Shown here: positions 16,092-23,547 of the stretch, piece after piece
Layout: each line of letters begins with the position of its first letter
Numbering within the stretch: the first letter of the stretch is position 1
IMG/VR virus record: IMGVR_UViG_3300016484_001134
Span: 1-43,307 of that record
Source: a virus
Lineage: Duplodnaviria > Caudoviricetes
Length of the DNA stretch: 43,307 bases
Strand: one strand, 5' to 3'
Program-made: the position numbers and the translations under genes
Notes under the pieces: generated by a model
Seen by the model: only the letters and a program-made list of their open reading frames with translations
What the model was told of the DNA's origin: nothing
Database searches by the model: none

Positions 16092-16550
16092 CTAGCGCAA
16101 GCCCGAGAGATAGGAAACCCGCCCGTTGTCGAATCGCGCCGTGAGTACCTGCCTACGAGCCCGGCTCGCAGCCCGGAAGGAAATATGCACCCAGTCGCCT
16201 TCATGAATCAGCTGATCGAAGTGCAGATCCCCCTCCAGCATAAGGCGCTCGACGACTGTTCTGGGCATGCCGAATTCCGGCGCAACAAAATCCGCTGCGA
16301 GCCCGAGGCAATGCCAGCTTTCCTTTGCCCCGCCAACAGCTCGATTGACAGCTTGGGAACGATAGCCGCTCGTGATAAGTACCGGCGCCCGCAAAATGTT
16401 GCGTACCTGTTGCATGCCGGGGGCAAGGATCACGCGGATACAGGCCAGAGCCTCTTCGTTTGGCGTGTTGCTCAGCCCTTTCCTTGTGGCGGCTTCACTC
16501 CGCAGGAACTCGGAAAGCCAGAAATTGGCTGTGAGACGTTCTTCTTTCAT
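16092..16550 (-). CDS. Peptidase M15-family endolysin
   Basis: LTANFWLSEF, ITSGYRS..VN.AVGG...S.H..GLAAD, DQLIHE..WVHIS. Confidence 0.88.
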   Translation of the reverse strand: MKEERLTANFWLSEFLRSEAATRKGLSNTPNEEALACIRVILAPGMQQVRNILRAPVLITSGYRSQAVNRAVGGAKESWHCLGLAADFVAPEFGMPRTVVERLMLEGDLHFDQLIHEGDWVHISFRAASRARRQVLTARFDNGRVSYLSGLR

Positions 16551-17077
16551 TGCCCTGCCCCTTCCAGGAGGTCTGGGGGGAGCGGCAATGCGCGGGGCGG
16601 GGTCGCATCGGCCACGGCCGGAGGTTGCGGAGCCGTTCCTTCCAGCTGGGGGCGCTCACGCGTATAGTAGGGGTTCCCTTGCGCTTGCGCCCGTGGCGTC
16701 AATTGCGCAACCCCCAGCTGCGCCAGCACCCTCTGCGCCGACTCCGTTGCCTCCTGCCTCATGTCCTGATCCCGCTTCCCTAGGTCCAGCCCCAGCTGCG
16801 CCACGAGCATTTTGACCAGCGGGGAGCATTCCTCCCGGTACATTACCAGCACATGCGGATTCGCCTCATCAATGCGCAGGGAAACCTGTTCGACCGCGGC
16901 GGCAAGCTTGGGATTCAACTCCGGGCGCTTCTTAACTGGCCTCGCCGTGGCGTAGAGAGCGAATCGCAGCCCCCTCGCAGCCTTCTCCGACCCGCAATCC
17001 AGCGGCAGTTCTTCCTTCCCGGATTCGGCAAACTGGATCCAAACGGCTTCCAGGTAGCCCTTTTTCGCATATGGCAT
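16547..17077 (-). CDS. Hypothetical protein
   Basis: 176 aa; AAGGA RBS; ATGA-coupled to the endolysin. Confidence 0.7.
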   Translation of the reverse strand: MPYAKKGYLEAVWIQFAESGKEELPLDCGSEKAARGLRFALYATARPVKKRPELNPKLAAAVEQVSLRIDEANPHVLVMYREECSPLVKMLVAQLGLDLGKRDQDMRQEATESAQRVLAQLGVAQLTPRAQAQGNPYYTRERPQLEGTAPQPPAVADATPPRALPLPPDLLEGAGQ

Positions 17078-17166
17078 GGTGATGTCCTTGTCCCAATTGG
17101 GGAGTTAGCCCCGGATTGTCAGTTGGAGTGGCCGGGGAAAACCAATCCCCGCGACCACCGATAGCC

Positions 17167-17195
17167 ATCATGACTCAGTGGGCAAGGACTGTCAA
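17167..17195 (-). promoter_or_regulatory. sigma70-like promoter
   Basis: TTGACA-N17-CATGAT upstream of the 17077 gene. Confidence 0.65.
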
Positions 17196-17244
17196 TGAAA
17201 TTCGGGAAAGTATTGCACAATTTCCCATTGTCGGTATTTTTTAC

Positions 17245-17293
17245 ATTTCCCTCAATTTCCCTCAATTTCCCTCAATTTCCCTCAATTTCCCTT
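17245..17293 (+). repeat. 10-bp tandem repeat (ATTTCCCTCA)x4 plus a partial copy
   Basis: Read directly from the sequence. Confidence 0.95.
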
Positions 17294-17651
17294 TTGTTCC
17301 CCGTTTATTCCCACAGTAAACCCGGGATAAACCTGGCATTGCTCATTGTACAAGCCCCCCCCCCCTCTCCCGTCCTCTCCCGTCCTCTCCTCCAAACCCG
17401 TACCGATTATCCTCCCTCCATGCCTATCCTCCAGCCCCCTCCCTCCTACTCTCTCCCCCTCCCCCTCAGTCATTAAAAAAAAAATGTAACAGAGAGACTG
17501 GAGAGGGAGAGGATAGGATAGGGGACTGGGGAGGAATAATCCGTCGGGGTTATGGACGTGACCGGGAGGGAGGAAGAGGGGGGGGTCTGACCTACAATTA
17601 GCAATCCCGGGTTTATCGCAGGTACCCTGTGGGCATAAAACGGGAACAAAC
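17293..17651. repeat. Large degenerate inverted repeat centred on an A10 tract (17475-17484); candidate origin or packaging/terminus region
   Basis: The reverse complement of 17293-17351 aligns with 17592-17651. The left arm is pyrimidine-rich and the right arm purine-rich. Confidence 0.75.
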
Positions 17652-17893
17652 GGGAGAAGAGGGGAAGGGAGGGGAAATGATGGTGCGAAGAGGGGAAATA
17701 GGGGGAACAAAAGGAAAGGGGCTGCAATGGAGTAAATGGCCCCGTGGAGCGATTGGGAAGGGCTGGGTAGGGGGTAGGGTAGGGTTGCGGGGTTGCGGGG
17801 CGCGGCGGGGCGATTACGGGCCCGCACGGGGCATTGTGGGATGTGGGCCGCCCGCCGGCCAATGGGAATCCGAGCCGCAGACCCCTCCCCGAC

Positions 17894-17935
17894 CAAACCC
17901 CGACCAATTACCCCTCTCTAATCCGTCGCCGCAAG
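17894..17935. promoter_or_regulatory. 42-bp palindromic element copy 3 (degenerate)
   Basis: CAAACC ccga CCAATTA cccctctc TAATCCG tcgc CGCAAG. Confidence 0.6.
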
Positions 17936-18026
17936 CGAAAAACCCCCTTTCGGAGGCTGCAGGAGGTGGAAATGGGCAAGGCAGGCCCGCGAGAGAGCCT
18001 GCCCCGGTTGCAATTGTCACATATCG

Positions 18027-18107
18027 TTACGGGCGTGCCCACCGCCACAAGGCGATAGCCCCCTCCGCGAGTAGCATGCCGATCACCAGGCCCCAATCAA
18101 TCGTCAT
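18027..18107 (-). CDS. 26-aa hydrophobic mini-protein
   Basis: MTIDWGLVIGMLLAEGAIALWRWARP with an AGGAG RBS; below the ORF-track size cut-off. Confidence 0.5.
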   Translation of the reverse strand: MTIDWGLVIGMLLAEGAIALWRWARP

Positions 18108-18203
18108 GGTCGTCTCCTGTCGGGATGTTGCGGAGGTGGAAGATCGCGGCGAACAGGCGGGGATGGCGCCGGGCGATCTGCATCATCCCGTACATGCGCG
18201 GGC

Positions 18204-18791
18204 TCACGATCCCAGCTCCTGGAGCAGTTCATCCGAATCCACCCCGCTCGCGCCCTTCGTCCGCTCCGCGCGGATCAGTTCGATGATCGCGGCGACCTTC
18301 GGATTCTTCCGCAGGGCGGCTTGCTCCGCGTCCGACTTCCCGGCCAGGAAGCCCTGGATCTGCTCGGGGGTCTTCTGCCCATCGTACATGCGGCACAGGG
18401 CTGCGAACAGCAGCCCGCCAGAGCCGCCGGCTCCGCTACCCTCCCGGCGCTTGTTCCACTCGCCTGCGAGCAGCCGCTCGTAAACCTCACGCACGGCCGC
18501 GGCCTTGGCCTCCACGCTCGCACTCCTGCCGGTGTTCGGATCACGGCTGATCGCTGCCGCGTCCACAAGCTTCTGCTTGAGCCCGTGGGCCGCCGCGCGG
18601 AACAACAGCGCATTGGAAAGGCCGCCTGTCGTGATGAGGATCGGCTCACTTCCATCAGCGAAGGTCAACTCAACGGCCGCGCCGTCGCATCCTTCCCAAT
18701 TGTCATCCGGACACAGCTGCCCGCGATACATCGGAGTCAGGGTCGCCTCAACCGCTGCCCGCCTCTCGCTCGTCGAATTCGTCGTTGCCAT
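18204..18791 (-). CDS. Conserved hypothetical early protein, paralog of 15362..15913
   Basis: Shares the motifs listed for the paralog; GGAGAG RBS; first gene of the leftward arm. Confidence 0.8.
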   Translation of the reverse strand: MATTNSTSERRAAVEATLTPMYRGQLCPDDNWEGCDGAAVELTFADGSEPILITTGGLSNALLFRAAAHGLKQKLVDAAAISRDPNTGRSASVEAKAAAVREVYERLLAGEWNKRREGSGAGGSGGLLFAALCRMYDGQKTPEQIQGFLAGKSDAEQAALRKNPKVAAIIELIRAERTKGASGVDSDELLQELGS

Positions 18792-19134
18792 GTTGCTCTC
18801 CAGTTTTGCATCGGCACCTCGCCGACACCTCAACTCTAGTCGCGGCCTGAGTCCTGGTCAACCACCAATTACATTCTGTTACACAATTCCATCCAGCCCC
18901 GTGTCCTGCCCAGCTCGTGAGCGCTCGCAAACTTTTTTCCCTGCAGCCAGGCGAACCCCCGGGGGCATTGTCGGCAGGTGGGGGTGGTCGCTCGGGGGTG
19001 TTTAGGGCCATTCCCTCCCCACGCGCCAGGACCATTTTCCAACCCACTCCCTTCCACCAGCTCCCTCCCCGCTAGCAACACCCCCTCCCCATAAGCGGAT
19101 TGGAAGTAGGGGAGGTGGAAGGGACTCCCAAAAG

Positions 19135-19176
19135 GAAATCCGGCCGGATTATGGCTGGGTAATTGGGAGGGGTTTC
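19135..19176. promoter_or_regulatory. 42-bp palindromic element copy 4, in the divergent early/late control region
   Basis: GAAATC cggc CGGATTA tggctggg TAATTGG gagg GGTTTC. Confidence 0.7.
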
Positions 19177-19217
19177 GTCGAGGGCCTCCGGCCGGCAAAG
19201 TGCTTGCCCCCGAGGGC

Positions 19218-19246
19218 TTGACACCACGGAGTGGAGGGGGTAACGT
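19218..19246 (+). promoter_or_regulatory. sigma70-like promoter for the packaging/structural operon
   Basis: TTGACA-N17-TAACGT. Confidence 0.6.
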
Positions 19247-19252
19247 CCCGCC

Positions 19253-19840
19253 ATGCCCGTACAGGATGCCGCCATGACTGACTCGACGCAACTCCCCGGA
19301 GCCCGGTTTGTCCCCGCCCGCTCGGCGCCACTGGAAGGCACGGCCAGCGCGGCAAACGCGATCGCGCGGGTGCACTACTCCCACGACGCGATGATCGACC
19401 TGATGATCGCCCAGCCCGGGATCACGCAGAACGCGATTGCGAAGCACTTTGGCTACACGGTTGGCTGGGTGAGTCGGCTTGTCAACTCAGACGCCTTCCT
19501 GGCCCGGCTCGCAGCTCGCAAGAGCGACCTCGTAGACCCGTCGATTTCTCTGAGCATCGAGGAAAACCTCCGAGCGGTGGCGAATCGCAGCTCTGCGATC
19601 CTGCTCGAAAAGCTCGAAACCACGCAGAATGCGGAGCTGGCTCTCAAGGCCCTCGACATGACCACGCGGGCGCTGGGGTTCGGGGCCCGGCAAGCCAACG
19701 TCGCGGTGCAGCAGAATTTCGTCGTCGCCCTTCCTGCCAAGGCGGCGGACGCTCAGACCTGGGCGGATAAGCACTCCGCCCCGCCCGGGCTGGCGCAGAT
19801 GGTGCAGGAAGTCCAGGATGTGACGCCTAAAGAGGGTTAG
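19253..19840 (+). CDS. terS: Probable terminase small subunit
   Basis: HTH-like ITQNAIAKHFGYTVGWVSRL followed by helices; first gene of the arm, upstream of TerL. Alternative start at 19274. Confidence 0.65.
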   Translation: MPVQDAAMTDSTQLPGARFVPARSAPLEGTASAANAIARVHYSHDAMIDLMIAQPGITQNAIAKHFGYTVGWVSRLVNSDAFLARLAARKSDLVDPSISLSIEENLRAVANRSSAILLEKLETTQNAELALKALDMTTRALGFGARQANVAVQQNFVVALPAKAADAQTWADKHSAPPGLAQMVQEVQDVTPKEG

Positions 19841-19843
19841 GCT

Positions 19844-20323
19844 ATGGCTGACGTCTCTATCATTGAACAGATAGCATCGTATCTTGCTGCAAGGGGTGAG
19901 ATGCCTGCTGTACAGATGGCGAGAATCCAGGACGGATCGAGTGGCCAGTTTGAGCCTGGGGTGGGTGCATTCGGCACTATAACTCTGAACCCATTTAACA
20001 TGGATCGTGGGACTTACCCGCACGAAATGGCGCACGCAGCGAATTGGGCAATGGCTAGGCAACGTTATAAAGATCCTATGGCCAGCCGACAGTTCAAGGG
20101 TGCCTACGACAAAATTTACGGCGGGTCTAACTTGTCACAAGCGCGTGATGCGCTAGGAGGCGCAGCCTTGAGTGAGTATAGAGGCTCCGCTGATGAATTG
20201 ATTCCCTGGGCCGTAGGGAATCAAGCCTCTGGCAGTGTAAGTGGTAGGTCTGGCGGGCACCTTGACTCTGACCTAGCCACTAGAATTGCCATTCTATTGG
20301 AACTAGCAAGCAGGAAAAAATGA
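19844..20323 (+). CDS. HEXXH zincin-like protein
   Basis: GTITLN...YPHEMAH...E; visibly more A/T-rich codons than its neighbours. Confidence 0.6.
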   Translation: MADVSIIEQIASYLAARGEMPAVQMARIQDGSSGQFEPGVGAFGTITLNPFNMDRGTYPHEMAHAANWAMARQRYKDPMASRQFKGAYDKIYGGSNLSQARDALGGAALSEYRGSADELIPWAVGNQASGSVSGRSGGHLDSDLATRIAILLELASRKK

Positions 20324-20568
20324 TGGATAAGATGAAGGTTTTCCAGGTCCCGACTGTGTATTGCGGTTACTGCGGACACATTCCGATTTCCGAGCCCTGT
20401 GCGGAGCGGGTCCACGTGACGAAGCAGCTGATCATGCGCTGCGCAAATCGTCGGTGCCTGGCGTTTGATGCCTTGTTCAAGCTCCCGATCGTGGAGCAGG
20501 AAGTGGAAGTGACGGGGATGCGGGTTGAGCCGGACTTCCAAAACATCCCGATCGGCCTGCCAACTTGA
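20320..20568 (+). CDS. Small zinc-ribbon protein
   Basis: CGYC...CANRRC; overlap-coupled on both sides. Confidence 0.6.
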   Translation: MMDKMKVFQVPTVYCGYCGHIPISEPCAERVHVTKQLIMRCANRRCLAFDALFKLPIVEQEVEVTGMRVEPDFQNIPIGLPT

Positions 20569-22052
20569 TGTTCGCTGCCACCGCCCCGACCCCGGCCACG
20601 CAAGTCGTCATCTGGGAGCCTCAGCCGGGGCCTCAGATGGCCTTGTTGGAATGTCCAGTTTTCGAGGTCTTCTATGGTGGGGCCCGTGGCGGTGGCAAGA
20701 CGGAATCCTCCATCGGGGACTGGCTCCAGCATTCCAGCCTCTACGGCGAAAACGCCATTGGGATCTTCGTTCGGCGGAAGCTCACCCAGCTCTCTGAAGT
20801 CATCGCCCGGACGAAGCAGCTTTTCCCCAAGCTCGGGGCGAAGTACAACGAACAGGCAAAGACCTGGACCATGGCGAACGGGGCCCGCCTCAAATTCGTC
20901 TACCTGGAAAGGGACAGCGATGCTGAAGAATACCAAGGCCACTCCTACACGCGAATCTACGTGGAGGAACTCACCAACTTCCCCTCCCCTGGACCGATTG
21001 ATAAGCTTCGTGCTACCCTGCGCAGCGGTGCTGGGGTACCTGTTGGCATGCGCCTTACTGGCAATCCTGGCGGCCCTGGCCATCTATGGGTTAAGCGAAG
21101 ATATATCGACCCAGCTCCAGCCGGCTATCAGATCATCAGAGAAGGCACTGAGATCGAGTTCGACGGAGTTAAGCAGTGGGTGGAACTCGACCGCGTCTTC
21201 ATCCCCTCAAAGATAGGAGACAACGTCCTCTTGATGAGGAACGACCCGACGTACATCCTGCGCCTGAAGCAGTCGGGTTCTGCCGCCCTGGTCGAGGCGT
21301 GGCTCAAGGGGAATTGGGACATCGTCGACGGGGCCTTTTTCGACGAGTGGGACCAGGGCAAGCATGTGCTGGCGGCGGGGGACTGGCTCGACCGCATCCC
21401 CAAGGTCGCCATGCGCTTTCGGGCGTTTGACTGGGGTTCGGCGAAGCCGTTTAGCTGCGGCTGGTACGTCATCGCGGACGGGACTTGGGGCCTCCCCCGC
21501 GGCGCGCTGCTCAAGTACACGGAATGGTACGGAGCCAGCGGGCCAAACAAGGGTCTCAAGATGGACGCGCAGCTGGTTGCCCAGGGGATCCGGGAGCGCG
21601 AGCTGGAAATGAAGGTCAAGATCAGCTACGGCGCGGCGGATCCGTCGATCTTCATCAGGGACGGAGGGCCGTCGATCGCTGAAATCATGGCGGTGAAGGG
21701 GGTGAATTGGCGGCGGGCCGACAACAAGCGCAAAACCGGCGCGGAGCAGCTCCGCTGCCGGCTGGTCGGCTGGGAAGGGCAGCCCATGCTCTACTTCCTC
21801 GACACCTGCGAGGACTCCATCCGCACGATCCCGGTGCTCCAGCACGACGAAAAGGACCCTGAAGACGTCGACACGGAAGGCGAAGATCACGCCTACGACG
21901 AAACCCGCTATGCTGTGATGTCCCGCCCGTGGGTACCCGCGCCCGTTAGTGGGCCCACAGGACCGAGCTTGCCCAAGCTCCCAGGCCAGCACACAATTAA
22001 CGAGCTTGTGGAGCGGCTGCGTCAGCGCCGCCTCGATCGAGAGAACGCTTAA
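20565..22052 (+). CDS. terL: Terminase large subunit
   Basis: PQPGPQ, YGGARGGGKT (Walker A), IYVEELT (Walker B), TGNPGG, FDWG and EDHAYDETRY nuclease motifs. Confidence 0.95.
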   Translation: MMFAATAPTPATQVVIWEPQPGPQMALLECPVFEVFYGGARGGGKTESSIGDWLQHSSLYGENAIGIFVRRKLTQLSEVIARTKQLFPKLGAKYNEQAKTWTMANGARLKFVYLERDSDAEEYQGHSYTRIYVEELTNFPSPGPIDKLRATLRSGAGVPVGMRLTGNPGGPGHLWVKRRYIDPAPAGYQIIREGTEIEFDGVKQWVELDRVFIPSKIGDNVLLMRNDPTYILRLKQSGSAALVEAWLKGNWDIVDGAFFDEWDQGKHVLAAGDWLDRIPKVAMRFRAFDWGSAKPFSCGWYVIADGTWGLPRGALLKYTEWYGASGPNKGLKMDAQLVAQGIRERELEMKVKISYGAADPSIFIRDGGPSIAEIMAVKGVNWRRADNKRKTGAEQLRCRLVGWEGQPMLYFLDTCEDSIRTIPVLQHDEKDPEDVDTEGEDHAYDETRYAVMSRPWVPAPVSGPTGPSLPKLPGQHTINELVERLRQRRLDRENA

Positions 22053-22065
22053 GCAAGGACCCCTC

Positions 22066-23529
22066 ATGAGCATCGCAGGTTACCCCTCCGCAAATTCCCT
22101 CCTGGCCAGCAGCTCGCAGAGCGACGCCATCCGGCCCCTGGGGGCTTCCCGGCTCTCGCGAGGTGGGGGGCAGTCAGCCCTTGACGCCCTGCGGGCTGCC
22201 AACGCCGCTGCCAAACGCCCTCGCGGCGGGGCAGTCATCGCAGACTGGAGCGCCGGCCCCCTGACCACCACCGGCTCCACCGGCACGGGGTTTGATTTCG
22301 CCCTCGACAGCACCGTGATCGGGCCGAGTGGCAAGCCGGCGGTCAAGTGCACCTTCGCCTCCGATGCCACGTCGCAGACCTTCATCGGCATCCTGACCCC
22401 GACGAACCCCATTCGCATCCGGGACGTCACCGGCGTGCAGATCCCGATCCTCTTCACAAGTGCCAGCACGGCTGACAACGTCGGCAACGTCGGGAATCCG
22501 ATCCAGGTCTGGCTGCAGACCTCCAACGCCAAGTCCATTCGCTTCCAGATCTCCCTCTCCGACTACCAGGCCGGGGTGTGGCAGACCTTCAGCTTCGCCC
22601 GCGGCTCCCTCTCCATCACGACGAACCAGCTGTCCGAACTGGACGCGGCGGGGGTGACGATCACCAGCATCCGGATCGTGCAGAGCACCAACGCGGCGGC
22701 TGCCAACTCCAACCCCGTCTGGTTCGACCAGATTCGCTGCGAAGCGGGCCAGTTCCCCGGCCGGGTCATCATCACCATGGATGGGGCCTACGCAACGCAG
22801 TTCGCCTTCGCCCGCTCGATCCTGCGGGATTATGACCTGCGCGCGACCCTGTACCTCGTCAACTCCGGCATCGGCGGCTCCGTCGGCGGGGTTTCCTGCA
22901 TGACGCTCGATCAGCTGGGCCTGATGCACGACGAGGGGCACGAGTTCGGCCACCATACCTACGACGGCACAAAGACCGGCGGCTATGGCAACTCCGGTCA
23001 GTGGACCGCGGCCGCCGACATCGCCGAGGACATCCTTTCCCAGTGGGAATTCCTTCGCGACAACGGCTGGCCGGAAGCCATCGGCCACGCCTGCTGGGGC
23101 TTCACCTACGGCTTCACGGAGACCCTTTCCCAAGCCCGCCAGAACCTCGTTCGGGACGGTCTGCGCATGGCCGGGGTCACGACGATGCGGAAGTCGGCCT
23201 CCTACAACGGTGAGGTCGGCACGATGCTGGTTCCGATGAACCGCAACAAGCTCCCCATCGACCCCTACGTGCTGCCGGGGGCTCTCCAGGTCTCCAACAC
23301 CCACACTGCCGCGCAGATCATCAGCTGCCTCGACGCGGCCGAGAATCGAGGGGAGGCAGCGATCCTGACCTTCCACCACTTCGTCAAGGCCGGGGCAACC
23401 GCCGGCAGCCTGGGCACGACGGAAACCATCCTGCGGACTGTCGCGGAGGAAATCCGCACCCGGGCAGACGCCGGTCGCCTGATCACTCAGCCCATGTCGG
23501 AATTCGCATCCGACGTCCTGGCCCTGTAA
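22066..23529 (+). CDS. Polysaccharide deacetylase (CE4/NodB-like) with an N-terminal beta-sandwich domain
   Basis: VIITMDG, RATLYL, MTLDQL...EGHEFGHHTYD, ILTFHH; AAGGA RBS before ATG 22066. Confidence 0.75.
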   Translation: MSIAGYPSANSLLASSSQSDAIRPLGASRLSRGGGQSALDALRAANAAAKRPRGGAVIADWSAGPLTTTGSTGTGFDFALDSTVIGPSGKPAVKCTFASDATSQTFIGILTPTNPIRIRDVTGVQIPILFTSASTADNVGNVGNPIQVWLQTSNAKSIRFQISLSDYQAGVWQTFSFARGSLSITTNQLSELDAAGVTITSIRIVQSTNAAAANSNPVWFDQIRCEAGQFPGRVIITMDGAYATQFAFARSILRDYDLRATLYLVNSGIGGSVGGVSCMTLDQLGLMHDEGHEFGHHTYDGTKTGGYGNSGQWTAAADIAEDILSQWEFLRDNGWPEAIGHACWGFTYGFTETLSQARQNLVRDGLRMAGVTTMRKSASYNGEVGTMLVPMNRNKLPIDPYVLPGALQVSNTHTAAQIISCLDAAENRGEAAILTFHHFVKAGATAGSLGTTETILRTVAEEIRTRADAGRLITQPMSEFASDVLAL

Positions 23530-23547
23530 TTGCGACGAGGAGAATCT

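Noticed and set aside
17245-17293. CRISPR array (also considered because of the Cas4-like nuclease)
   Set aside because: The repeats are 10 bp with no spacers. The nuclease fits a phage recombination exonuclease beside Sak4 and SSB.
17282-18483. ORFs predicted across the low-complexity 17.2-18.0 kb region
   Set aside because: The P/L/S- or G-rich translations simply reflect the purine/pyrimidine tracts; there is no RBS or coding bias.
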